Positions 49,125 to 62,357 of a DNA stretch of 64,000 bases are shown here, one piece after another. Within the stretch, counting starts at the first letter, position 1. Every line of letters begins with the position of its first letter. The position numbers and the translations under genes were made by a program. The DNA is from Diadema antillarum (Eukaryota). The stretch is taken from contig NW_027271213.1 of assembly GCF_040938485.1 (NCBI RefSeq), positions 744,001 through 808,000 of the forward strand. Reading direction: 5' to 3'. A model generated the notes under the pieces. The model saw only the letters and a program-made list of their open reading frames with translations. It did no database searches and was not told where the DNA came from.

Positions 49125-52100
49125 CTAGTATATTTATAAAACGATATAAACACAAGGAAAAGTAGAAATTACGCGGTGCGTAATATATGTCCCCGCCGGA
49201 AGTAGCATTTAGTAGAAAAATGTACAATATAGGTAAAAAGATGAAGGTCAAAGGTCAAAGGAGTCAAAGGTCAAAATTCTATGTAGAAGTTTTGAAGCCC
49301 TCACCTAGTGCCATCACATAGAGCAAACGGAATCGAAATCGGGATAGAAATGGCGAAGGAGTAGCATTTTGTAGCCAATGTACAATATAGGTAAAAAAAT
49401 CAAGGTCAAAGAAGTCAAAGGTCAAAATTCTGTGTAGAAGTTTTGAAGCCCTCACCTAGTGCCATCACATAAAGCAAACGGAATCGAAATCGGGTTAGAA
49501 ATGGCGAAGGAGAAGCATTAGGTAGCAAAATGTACAATACAGGTCAAAAATCAAGGTCAAAGGTCAAAGAAGTCAAAGGTCAAAATTCTGTGTAGAAGTT
49601 TTGAAGCCCTCACCTAGTGCCATCACTTAAAGCAAACGGAATTGAAATCGGGTTACAAATGGCGAAGGAGTAGCATTTTGTAGCAAAATGTACAATATAG
49701 GTCAAAAATCAAGGTCAAAGGTCAAAGAAGTCAAAGGTCAAAATTCTGTGTAGAAGTTTTGAAGCCCTCACCTAGTGCCATCACATAAATCAAACAGAAT
49801 CAAAATCGGGTTAGAAATGGCGAAGGAGTAGCATTTTGTAGGCAATGTACAATATAGGTCAAAAATCAAGGTCAAAGGTCAAAGAAGTCAAAGGTCAAAA
49901 TTCTGTGTAGAAGTTTTGAAGCCCTCACCTAGTGCCATCATATAAAGCAAACGGAATCAAAAACGGGTTAGAAATGGCGAAGGAGTAGCATTTTGAAGCA
50001 AAATGTACAATATAGGTCAAAGGTCAAGGTCAAAGGTCACAACTGAAATTCTGTATAGAAGTTTCAAAGCTCCCATGTAGTGCTATCATATAAAGCAAAC
50101 AGAATCAAAATCGGGTCAGAAATGGCGAAGGAGTAGCATTTTGAACATTTTGATCACACACGGACGCACACACGGACGGACACACGGACGGACACACGGA
50201 CACACACACACATACGGAACCCGTTTCATAGTCCCTGCTCGAACTCGTTCGGCGGGGACAATAAGAATATTATATTATATGTATATACAGCTATAATGTT
50301 TATTGTATATGTATATTTGTCTAAATCTGCAGCTGAAATACATATTCGTGCTTGATTTCTTCTCGGTTGGATTTTTCGAATTCATTGTCGTGTAATCTTC
50401 AAAAAAAAAAAAAAAAAGATGTCACAAAACTTGAACGGTTGCAAAATTCTGCTGCCCGATTGTTAACTTTTGCTAATAAGTTTGATTCCATGTCACCAGT
50501 TCTCCGTTCCTTACATTGGTTATATGCTGTAGAAAAAAGGATTGTTTTCAAGATTCTGTTATTAGTACATCATTCAGTTCATTCTTTTTCCCCCGCACTG
50601 CAAAAAGTCCGGTGTTAAATAATGAACACCGAGCTGGTGTTAAATTTTCGGTGCTCATTTATAGTGTTAAATTAACACCTCCGGGTGTCATTTCCAAATA
50701 TAAAACTGTTTTTAAAGAGTTTGTTAGTAACTGCACTTCTTGTTGATTTTTAATTTAAACAAGACGATCAAGAATTTTACATTAAAATACTAGATTTTTG
50801 AAAAAAAAATGTGAAAATAAATTTACACCACAGTAACACCAACTGGTATGGTCTCTTATTGAAGCTGGACGGGTGTTAAACCATTGATATTAACACCAAC
50901 AAATATCAAATCAACACCACGTGGTGTCATTTTTTAATTAACACGCAGTACAGTGTCAAAATAACACCAGGTACCGTGTCAAATTAACACCACGAAGTGT
51001 CAGGTGAACACTTTTCAACACCATCATAGTGCATTTTCTACACCTGTAGGTGTGGTCCTCTACTGAAGTTTGATCGGTGTTAGATTTAACACCCATGGTG
51101 CTAAATCTAACACCGATGTTTTTATAGTGCGTATACATAAGTAATTCTGTTTAAAAATACAATCCGACACGAAGGCTACGTTCATCATCAGATACATTCT
51201 TACTCCAAACACCCAGAGTAAAACATGGGTATGGTGATCGTGCTTTTTCCGTTATGGGACCAAAATTGTGGAATCAGTTACCTCTAGAGTTAAGGGAACT
51301 GTCATCTACAGAGCCATTCAAATCCAAACTTAAAACTTATCTGTTCCTTTCATACTGAGGACTGTAATTGCTGTATGTCATTGATATTGGATCAATATTA
51401 TATTTTAATTGGTATATGTTGTATTCTTTATTTGGTATATATTTGTTTTTGTTTACCGTTTTCTTCTTTGTTGAAATGTTTGAATACATGTATGTATATA
51501 TATGCATGTGAATGATATCTTTTCATTTTTGAAGCGCCATGAGCACTGAAAAGTGGACCTGTGCGCTATACAAGTAGCCACTATTGTTATTATTACTATT
51601 ATTATAGATAAATGCATAATGGCACTTGAGTGTATAGGATATATGAACTTACGTGTAAATTTGCTTTGTTCATTCTTGAAATCCAGAAGCAGCAATGTTT
51701 TTGTGGGTTTTTTTTGTTTAGTTTGTGTACCACAGTGCGTTCCCAAACGTTATTTTTTTTCTTGCCACTCATAATGGTCAGCTTTATTTGAAAAGTATAT
51801 TTAGGCAACATCCCACAATCTGTTCTCGTTTCCTTTAATCTTTGTGATCGTGATGTGTCGTTATAGTATGGTCTCAAGATGCTCATACGTGACTTCCGGC
51901 GCCCTTCATCTTCATACGAAGTGATGATGGAGGCATGGAGCAAGAACATGACATCGACGCCGATTCCGCCAGCAGAAGTCCCCGGGTCGAACATCAAGTC
52001 CCGCCTGGATTCTTTCGGTGGGATAAAGGTCAGGGTTTACGAACCAAAAGACAGGGTGCCTGGCGTACCCCTTCCCGCTTTCCTGTACCTACATGGAGGA

Positions 52101-54982
52101 GGGTTAGTCATCGGAACCATAGGTACATTGTAGGCCTAACTCTAACTGTTTTTAGAGATTAACACAACACTATGCTCCGGTTTATGCTTTGCAGAGGCTA
52201 TCAGTTGAACTAGATTAAACAAAATTGGTATGGAATCCGCCTTGCAAATGAAAACGAAATGCATGCACCACGGCTCTGTGTGTTAAGCCTCCTTACAAGT
52301 GAAAACAAGAGTATTATATTTAGTGTTTGCAGTCACTCGGGAAAATGTACAGGGCTTTCAACAGTGTGACACGCTCCGCTGAATCTGTACAGATATCCGT
52401 CATAGCCTTATTTCAGCCTAAATTTAAAGCAGTCTCATAGCTTTTTTTGTGTGTGTCGGAAAATCGCTTCTCAATGAACCCATTGAAGACGAGTCACGAG
52501 TATACTCATGTAAAGATGTTAATGGGAAATGCTTGTTGTATAGCAAAATCAGCCCGTCCTTAACGATTAAGCTAAAGAGAGAGAACGTACGTAACCACTA
52601 TTCCTATTTAAATTGTGAGCATTTTAACTTTTTGAACTCCTTCCCGAGGTAAACCTTAATAGGCCTAAAGCACATTCGAGCACTTAGTGAACTGTATGGT
52701 ATAAGAGTAAATACGTATAAATGCATATATGTGACTGAATTCAAGACTAAGCACAATAAATTCGTCATAACATTCAATGCGTGGATTCTTTTGACGTGCG
52801 TAGAATGCGATTCTGTCTCACTACCATATGACTACGACATTCTTGTGCTCCTTATTTTTTATAGGGAGAGTTCACTTAGGCCCCAAATAATCAAACATTT
52901 AGCGTTTTATAGCACTCCTCTTTCTTCCTGTGCAATGTCTTCCAAATATTCTTCCAAATAATGAAACATTTCGTTTTATAGCACTCCTCTTTCTTCCTGT
53001 GCAATGTGAGATTACTCTGTCTAGCAAACGTTATTAACTATGTAATATGAGAGGTTTAATAGAATTGTTATGGGAACCTTTCATATAACTAAAGTAAATC
53101 CACCGTAATATCTTGACTACCTCTTATCTCTTCTTTTCCCCCTCCAAATATAGACTTTTATGACAGAGGTGTGCGCATGATCACCGAACGTCTCAACATC
53201 ATTGGAATTGCTGTGTCGTAAGTGATCTCATTAGGAATACGAAAGTATCAGAATGCTCTCTCCACAATAAGTGAAACAAAAGACTTCCTTTTCGGCCTCA
53301 GGTTTAGGAGATGCTAACTTCTATACCCCAAGTATACAAGAATTGCTGCTCTAACATACAAATTCCCTCACGTGATATGACTTCCGGTCTTGTAGAAGAA
53401 ATATTACGGGAGAGAGAGTTTGAAGGCTGATGTGCAATTTGAATGTTAACAATACAATTGGAAAATAATACTGTCTTACCGAAGTAGCTGGTATGTGCGA
53501 TGCCATAATCACACAACTCTTACGATGAATTCATAAAAGATCAAATTAATGTTCACATCGTGCTTCGAGGAAAAATCTCCAAACTGTGTTCGAGATTTTG
53601 TATCGATGTGTTTTGCTCAACCAGAGTCAGAGAAATTCAGAGGCAGTTGCCAGTATGCATTACTCTACTCTTGCAAGAATTCAGCAACATGTGTAAAGCT
53701 CTTCAGTCGCTTTGGAGAAGTTCCACGCTTTATCATCAAGTGAATAATGGAAACAGATCTAATGACATAAGTAATTGAATCTAAGTTGTGTCACATATAG
53801 GAGGCGCTGTACATAAAAGACTCCCGACTCCCAATTGGAGGACAGAGGACAAGAGTTCTATCGCGTCCTTGGACAAGATGTTTTTACCCATGAAATGGGT
53901 ACCTGGCAAAGCTAGGGTAATAATAATGGTAGGGCCCCCTTGGAGAGCAGTAGCAAAAATTATTGTTATTGTTATCATTATTATTATCATCATCATCATC
54001 ATCCCCATTATTATCACTATCATTATCATTATCATTATCTTTAGAGACTCGTGGTTTAATTGCCTTATGAAAGTGTTAAACACAGCGGTAGACCGTTCAT
54101 TACGAAAATTATATATGATCATAATGATCTCGGTATAATTTCTTCTTCTGTATCCTGTCTTTCTTTCCTGTCTTTTTTTTAACCAGATATCGGTTGGCTC
54201 CACAACACACTTTCCCTGCCGCCTTCGACGACACCTTTGCAGCAACGAAGTGGCTGCTTTCGCACGCGGAAGAAGTCGGCGTTGATCCCGGCAGGGTAGC
54301 GCTCATGGGAGATAGTGCTGGAGGGCTCCTCACAGCGGCTGTGTCGGCAGCGATTGCAGACGATCCTTCGGTGCCCGACATCAAGCTTCAAGTCATGCTC
54401 TACCCGTGGTTGCAGAGTCTGGACCTGAACACACCGTCGTACCAGAAGATGAGGCAAGCCAAGTTTGGCACGTTGATGGATGTCGTCAACCTGATGCCGA
54501 ACTTCATGAGCGCGGCAGTGCTGGGCAGCACGGACAAGTCCATTGTGGGGCAGATATCCACCAATCAGCACACGTCAAGAGATTTCAAACGTTCGTTGCC
54601 GTATCGCACATTTCTTGACCACTCCATCATACCATCGCACATGAAGCCAGCCTGTTATCGACCACCGTCGCCGGACGACGACGAGGGGAACGAGAAGACC
54701 TGGGAGAGCATGAAAGACGTGCTGACATCGTTAGAGTTTTCGCCGCTCCTGCGCGAGGACATGACAAAGCTACCACGCACCTTCATAGCCACATGTGGCT
54801 ACGATGTTCTTCGGGATGAGGGTATCTTCTACGCAGACAGGCTAAAGAAGGCAGGGGTGCCTGTCGAGTGGGTGAACTATGAAAATGGATTTCACGGCAT
54901 ACAGTGGGTCGGCGACAGCGCTTTTGTGATTGGACGACAGATGGCAAACGACTTCATAAAGTACACTAAAGAACATATCTGA
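48279..54982 (+). CDS. AADAC: Arylacetamide deacetylase-like lipase, paralog D (417 aa). Exons 48279-48416, 51867-52122, 53154-53217, 54187-54982
   Basis: Exon 1 (MAVFMLMVIGLVMLCCYFLYKPVPSGFPDPWKYRLTVAAAEVFMSL) was read by hand and is below the ORF-track cutoff. Exons sum to 1254 nt; YLHGGG, GDSAGG, YDVLRDEG, FHG. Family-level symbol. Confidence 0.92.
49158..50264 (-). mobile_element. Helentron-associated non-autonomous element (HINE / DINE-1-like) with ~150-158 bp tandem core x~6
   Basis: Read on the minus strand: subTIR tgtccccgccg, partial inverted repeat gcagggac, (GTCC/GTGT)n microsatellite, tandem core, second subTIR cggcggggaca, then the stem-loop attacgc-acc-gcgtaat and a T-rich end. 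Confidence 0.8.
50340..51606 (+). mobile_element. L2-clade LINE 3' portion (degenerate ORF2 C-terminus + tail), split by an EnSpm-like insertion
   Basis: ISSRLDFSNSL..KLERLQNSAARLL..SPVLRSLHWL..RIVFKILLLV, then YNPTRRLRSSSD..GDRAFSVMGPKLWNQLPLELR..FKSKLKTYLF*; agcgccatgagcac..gtgcgctatacaagt hairpin and (ATT)n tail. Confidence 0.85.
50596..51129. mobile_element. EnSpm/CACTA-like MITE, 2 bp TSD (CG)
   Basis: cg|cactgcaaaaa ... tttttatagtg|cg; many subterminal ggtgttaa/ttaacacc motifs. Confidence 0.8.
53800..54042 (+). mobile_element. Degenerate SINE-like fragment
   Basis: gagttctatc..tccttggacaagatg..aatgggtacctggc body followed by an (ATT/ATC)n tail; resemblance to tRNA-derived SINEs is from memory. 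Confidence 0.4.
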
Positions 54983-55631
54983 CTCAAAAACGAAAAGAAA
55001 ACGTCCGTGATAACTGAAAATATGTTGTAAGATATCTTACGTCCTTTTGGGTAGCCTTACGTCTCCCCATGCAGCCTTAACACAGGAATGATAAACAAGA
55101 TGCGCAATCTTCATCTTTAGAACAAGGCAAATGTAGAAGTAATGATGTAACAAATCTGAAATAATGTTTAAAGGGTTATGCACGAGACTGTCGAAGCTAT
55201 CGAACATGAAGACGACTTGGCAAGAATCGGAGATAGATTGAATTAATTGCCGTAGCTAGGAGATCACATTAATGAGATTTAGTGTCCCCAATGATAACGC
55301 AAATTGGGGTCCTGCGAGGCTATCATCTGACATGAGTTTTATTTCAACATCATATTTTTCAAGCACTTGAGCACTTTGATCAACAGTTAAAACCTTTTAA
55401 GCGAAAGCTTGAATATACAATATTCATGATATTATACAAAGTACATGTCCATCTTTATCTGATTCGTCAATAATTTGCGCTATGGTAGAGACCATAATAG
55501 GAATTCATGTAGTCGCAAGCAAGTCTGCAAACAAGAAAGTTTGAGTAACCAAAGGGTTAAATTGATAGATGAGCAAATATTATAGAGTGTTTCGATAAGC
55601 TGAAAAGAACTCATAAAAAGTCAGACAGGGT

Positions 55632-55905
55632 GGCCCGAATTCACGAAGGTGGTACAAATGAAACCATGGTTTAAACCATGGACAAAAACAATTCAGCACC
55701 AAGTGTCGCACGGAATATTTCGTTACGAAATTGGTCATTTCGTCGACAAAATGGCCGTTTCCTTAACGAAATTATCATTTCGTGGACGAAATGTTCATTT
55801 ATTTACAAAATGTTGTCCTTTCGTTGCAAAACAATCATTTCATCATGTTTTTTGTCCATGGTTTAAACCACGGTTTCATTTGTACCACCTTCGTGAATTT
55901 GGGCC
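55632..55905. mobile_element. Palindromic MITE (~275 bp), superfamily uncertain
   Basis: ~58 bp TIR ggcccgaattcacgaaggtggtacaaatgaaaccatggtttaaaccatggacaaaaa and its inverse; no clean TSD. Confidence 0.75.
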
Positions 55906-58900
55906 CAAGGGTCACGTATTAATGAACCATAGTACCACTTTTTAGTATTAGTGAATAGTGGGAAATGGAGGAAAGGAGGGAAAGAAAACGATGAAACAAG
56001 AAAAGGAAAGAGGGATGGGTCTAATAATTATTAACACAATAATGCTAAGGTAATGCATGCAGTAACAACACGGATATATAATGGCGTACTGCAGGGGTAA
56101 ATTAACTTTAAACGTTATTTTTAAACGCACCCACATGCTCAGTACATTAAACATGTACGTTACTGTACAATAAAGTCAGATGTGATTGTTGCGTATTTAG
56201 TTGCTTGCATAAAAGCGCTGTAGAGTTCATGTTGTCCCTATGTCCATTTTGCGTGTGAATCAGTGCGTGAAACTAACAAGACATCCAATTTCAGCCAATG
56301 GTGTATGAATTTACGAGTTATACCCGGTCGTGTGGGTTAATTTGCATATCAACACGATCCGCTCTGTTCTAAAAATTTGGTGAGGACAAACCATAATATC
56401 AAGAAGCCTATCGTCAAAGCTATAATGCTAAGCCGCACGGATTCATTGCGATAACACGCAGGCCACTGCGACATCGTCCCTTTCATTTGGATGCTAAACA
56501 TAAAAATGAATACATTTATCCTTTTTCATCAAATGATTTGTGTTTAATGACCACTTATGACCAGTGCTACTAGACAAGCCCGATTCTTCTAATATGGGCA
56601 AAGTCGTGACATAATAAGTATCCCATTGATATTTTCTCATGTGTGAACACGGACAGTCACATTCTGAATGGTGAGGTGTACGTGTCGGACTATTGACATT
56701 GATACTAGCTTCCCACTTTCGTGCGATTCGTTACAAAGGCCACCAATAGCCATTCGTATACATGTAGTTGATTGTGGAAGTTTGTTTACTTTATTGTGAT
56801 AAGTTGATCCTCTTTCTGGATGATATTTTTGAGCTTTTTCTCGAGAGGGGTTTATTTCTCATGAGGAACTGTACGATTCTGCCATTTCGATTTCTGGTAA
56901 AGACGATTAATTCACTTCTTTTGTTCTCTCGGCTTTTTAGCTAAAGTAAGTTCACAGTGAGGATATGCTCTCTTTAATCGTGGAATGAGGCGCACACATG
57001 GTTTGTCCGGTATATTGCGCGCGAGAACTCGAAACAGATCGTAAGACTCCGTGAAAAACAAAACAAAGCAAAACAAAACAAAAGCAAAAGCTAAAGCAAA
57101 AAAAAAAACCCAAACATTTCACTACTCCCTATCTACTCGTATCTACTCTTACCAACTCATGTCATCACGTGAGTCATTCTTGTCAGGTTGTGAGCAATGG
57201 TATACCCACCCGAGGGTCACTGATCGTGACAGATCGTAGATGATCGCGGCGCATATCAACAGAGCGATGTGATAACGATTTTGAAGCACGATTTGATGCG
57301 ATCTGTTGAGATCTATAAGTGGTGATCACGATTCACGTTTAACATGTTTAATCGTGTTGCTCGTGGAAATTTTCTGAACTGTGCAAAAGTATCCTACGAT
57401 CAAAACAATAGACATGAAAGACATCAAGTTCTTACAAGATCTGATAGGATCAACACGATTAATCTAAGATAAAGACCACGATTTCAGTCGTGGCGCGAAA
57501 CATAATAGCGGGAAAATAGCATAAACCTTCACCTTTGACAGAAATCCACCCAATGTAGACCGTAAAAGCAGGTAGATATAGAGTTGGAAGAACGTGATTG
57601 TAAATGAGAACTAAATAGACTGCTGGAGGAGAGAAGAAAGAAGTGAGAGAGCGTAGAGATGAATTGGGGACAGTTGAACGTCCACGACAGAATTTAGGAA
57701 ATAACACATCAGGTACCGGTTAGCAGTTACAGAGTAAAACGGTCTATTTATATAAATTTTGTAATAACTCTGGATTAAAATAAGCATTTGAGATGAAATT
57801 TTCTAAAACATTTCTTTTATGTATATATTTTCATAATACATAACAAGCACAAGCCATTCGCTTTACAAACACAAAAGGCAGAGATATAAATACATGTACA
57901 CCAAACTATCAGCCCGTTTTTCTACAAAGTAACATTTCTCAAGATAGACCCTTTTACCATGTGACGGCCGCGGTACCGCTATACTGATACTCATTCTACG
58001 GGTTATATTTCGAGACACACAAATATCATCAGAATCACAAACATAATTTTCTACACATCTGACATTATTATACCGAGATGATAAGCTGAGCCCAGCAGCA
58101 AAATTCACAGAAAAAAAGTACAATCGTCAACAGACGTTTATATACCATAGACAAGGGACGTAGAGGAATATCATAACCAATGTAACATGCCTTAGAGAAC
58201 AACAGCAATAACAACAGTAACAACAAAATAAGCAGAGTCAATTCTAAATTCATTTGAAGAGAAAAAAATCTTGTGAAAAATGCAATATCATCCTGACTGG
58301 AATAACGCTTATTAATATCAAATAAAATCATATATAGAAAAAAAAAACAGTATGACTTCCTAATAGGGCCTATATATACACGCCTACTTTTTTCCAGGAA
58401 AATTGTACCCCGGCACAATCCTAAAACAAAGGCTATTTGATCCCTGATGCCATTTTTATTCCACATTCACTATGACACTTTCATTTCAATAAAGCGAGCA
58501 TAATGATACATGTAATACGAAACTGAACATTAGCGATCCAAGCTAACCAGTGTGATATAACCTTGAGGATTTGACATTGTGAGTTATCATAAATCTAGGC
58601 CTTGTTTGCATTTTTCTTTTTTGACATGTGTCAAGTACCGTCTGACGTCACAGGAACAACAATAACCAAGCAAAGTTCCTCGACTCGTCTGCATGCTGTT
58701 CATGACCACTTTCAAAGTTCAGTGTACACAATATAAAAATTTGCTTGGTCTTTCTATTTGCGAGAGCACATTTTGAGTCTTGCTTCATGAACTTCAGACT
58801 AAACTATTCTAACACACACACACACACGCACATACACACATACACACACACACACACCCTGAATAATGCAAAAGTCTAAATTAAGAGTATCAAATCTGCA

Positions 58901-59631
58901 ATTGAATAGCTTGCTGCCAAAAGGCGCTCAGTCCATTGAAAATTATGGATTTAGGACCTTTAGGAAACAAGCTCTTCAATTATTATTGTTTGCAATGTCA
59001 TTCAGGTAGCACCAAAACGATATTTGACTTCACAGCAAGATAACACATTTTACGTTACTATTTTGACATAAAGATAGGTACATGAATCTTAAATACATTT
59101 CACATAGAGGTTTTTTGGCATGTTATTGGAAGAGACACGAATCTAAATAAAGTTTCTTTGATGTACACACAGTTGTGTACACACAGTTGTACCTCATTTT
59201 TCATTCATAACTGCGCATTATCATGTATTATTCATATACATTTTACGCATTCATATTATATACAAACATTCACACAAGTTCACACACACACACACATACT
59301 CTTGTACACACACTCACATACACACACATACACTCATACAAACACACATACACATATAAATCCGTGTCAAGCAACTGTTTCCAATCTTCCACATATACAT
59401 ACTGAGGTGAAATGTGAGTGATAAGACGGGAAGTGAACTTAGGCGTGTCATTATAAAGGTGGTCCTTCTCGTACACATTGATTTGCAGGAATTGATTTCT
59501 GCGCTGTTGTGAGTCCGCTCATTGGTACGGGTACATTGTCACGCTGCCACGTGTGACGATTTGGGTGGACGAATCTGCAGCCTTTCGGACATTCTTCTCG
59601 GTATATTACACTCTCAGTAACAACCTTTGAA

Positions 59632-62357
59632 ATGAGAATATCTAATTCAAAAGCGTTTGGGATTATCGTAATCATCACCCTCGTGGGTTGCCTCTGCCAT
59701 GTCCGCGTCCCTAACGACCTCGTGGATCCGTGGCACTACCGTGCCTCGATTGTGGGGTTTCGGTTGGCAAAAATAATGGTGCGTATAGATTTAAGTGTTT
59801 ACCTTCCTCACACTCATTTCTTATTTTCATCTCCCCCCCCCCCCTTTTTTTTTCCCTCTCTTTCATTGCATTCTGGGCGCATTTTTCGTCATTGAAACAT
59901 TAACGCTTATTTCATTATTATGGAGCCTACATCGTACAGATTTTGCTTTTTAGTGTAGGCTCCGCATTACACATTATCCATACATTGTAGATATTCATTT
60001 TTCTTTTCGGGCCTACATTTAACTGCCTTTTGTTAAACCTATTTCTCTATAGATCAAATGGAATGTAGAATGTACGAAAATGTGGAATATGGAACAATGA
60101 ATGAAACAAGAAAATCCTCCACTACGTCCCGTATAACTACCAAATATCATGCAATCATTTGTAGATAGTGGTAACATACTTGCATAATTTCCATTTGATT
60201 AAAAAAAAATAACTCGCTATATTTGGAGCACTATAATGACCACTATCCTTGACCACAACCACGACGACATTTGACTATGAGACCATCACGATTGACCGAT
60301 ATTGCTCACCAGATACACGGGTATTTTGTCTTTGACATGCATTCAGATGGGGACTTGCCGCTTATTCTATCCTCTGGATAACAACTACGTCTTCACGGCC
60401 CGTTTTCTCACGGAGGTGGCTATACCCGCTGCCGACTCGCAGGTTCGCGGTTCACACATCACCGCCCGCTACACCGAGTTTGACGGGGTGAAAGTTCTTC
60501 TCTACGAACCAGTGAGGCGCGGTTCCGAAGCACTGCCTGGGTTCGTCTTCTTTCATGGAGGCGGGTACATTGTCGGGAGCGCAAGTGAGTGTTGGGAGTA
60601 ACTGTTTGCGTATTAGCATTAGACATCCTGAACACAACTTATTTGTCTTAAAGTACGAGAAATATAAGAAATGTCATTTCATGCGTTGTTGTATAAATTC
60701 CATAAAGTACTATCAAGTAAGACAAATTCAAGGGAAATTAGAAAAGATTGCAAAGACTGAATTGATCGCACCCATCTACTCAGAAAAGAGAAATATTGAA
60801 AACCCCTTTGTCTCTTTTGGTAATATCCGTGGTTTTGAGTTTAATGATGCCGCACTGCAACGACTGCGGGTTGACAGGGAGCTTCGCATCACTATAGGGC
60901 ATTAACTAGGATTTGTCTCGTTTTTCCCCGAAGAATTCCATGGTCACGTGACTCGAAAGCTAGCGGAAGAGCTAGGAGCTGTGGTGGTTGCGATAGAGTG
61001 AGTATTTTCTTCTTTGTCAGTTGGATAAAGAGCAACAACCTGAACACTTCTTTCTTGCATCTTGTACCTGTAACCCCCAGCTGTAACCATGATGATTTGA
61101 ATCTCTTCTAACAAGTTTTTGGCATGTGTATTTCATGAGAGCAAATAAAGCTGCCCTTTGATCCCAAGGTTTTTAACCGGAAAGAAGGAGGCTATTTTAA
61201 GCATGGTTTGAAAATAATAATATTAGGGAATATGTTGCATGCGTTTGTAAAGTCTCTGGGCTGAGAAAAGAGAAGGTATGTACAATATAAAATTCAGCAG
61301 GTGTTTACATTGTAGTTACTGTTTTCTTGCTAATTGTGAAGTCCACGTCTTTGAAGCGTTTGTCAGGAATTGATAAAGCCCTACGCCCTACTGTAAGTAT
61401 AAATTTGGTGCAAAATTTACCATTGTCAGAATCTTCTTCTGGTTTTTTTTTTATACCTTCACTGCGCTGAAAATCTTTGAAAATATATTTTGCAGCTATC
61501 GCCTGGCTCCCGAACACGTCTTCCCGGCTGCCTTCGAGGACTCCCTGACTGTTACAAAATTCTTTTTAAATCATGCCCATGATTACGGCGTCGATCCAAG
61601 CCGAATAGTCGTCGGTGGTGACAGCGCAGGTGGCCAAGTCGCTGCAAGCATTGTGCAAGCCGTCTATGACGACCCCAGTTTGCCAAATATTAAGCTGCAG
61701 GTCCTTTTCTATCCCTGGCTCCAGTTTATCGACTTCAACACGCCGTCGTACCAGTACCACGATTATACGTTCAGCGACTCGCCGCGAAGGCTAATCACAC
61801 TTTTTGTGTCCGCATATTGCCTAGGAAGAATAGATGAGTCCTTCTTAGACCAGCTCATGGCAAATATGCACACCAGCAGTGAATTGAAACAATCGAACAC
61901 ATACCAGGAACTTCTCAACCACGACACCATCTTCAAAATGCTCGAAAAGATCCCCAAACATCCTAAATACAGCAATGTGCCTGTGCAGCCGACATCCGCC
62001 GCATTTTCTTTCGCGAAGTATCAGGCGTTTTATAAACCACAGAGTCACTTTGACGCCAGCAATGACACACTGTGGGAAGAGGTCCGTGGGTGTATCCTCG
62101 ACCCCCGCAACGCCCCTCTTTTAAGGGACAACTTTCGGGGCCTTCCAAAGGCCTTCGTTGTCACTGGCGACTACGACAGCGTACGGGATGACGGGATTTT
62201 CTACGTGCACGCTTTGGAGAAAAGCGGTGTCGAAGTGACCTGGAGAAACTATCTGGGGACTTGGCACGGTTTGATGGCATTGGGTCCACTGAAAATTTCT
62301 CCCACGGGTGTGGAAATGATAAAGGCTGCTGTTCAGTTTATCAAAGACAATATCTGA
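59632..62357 (+). CDS. AADAC: Arylacetamide deacetylase-like lipase, paralog E (436 aa). Exons 59632-59778, 60347-60584, 60934-60997, 61496-62357
   Basis: Exons sum to 1311 nt with phases 0,1,2; FFHGGGY, DYRLAPE, GDSAGG, YDSVRDDG, WHG. Family-level symbol. Confidence 0.92.

Noticed and set aside
52883-53010. ~71 bp local tandem duplication in intron 2 of D
   Set aside because: Ordinary slippage-type duplication with no motif or structure of note.
35852-54571. Antisense ORFs overlapping exon 4 of B, C and D (35852..36208, 44068..44424, 54179..54571)
   Set aside because: Expected shadows of a conserved coding strand; no independent motifs.
57040-57500. cacga/gatc-rich segment resembling a decayed Harbinger-type MITE
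   Set aside because: No TIR or TSD could be located and the palindrome is too degenerate to support a call.
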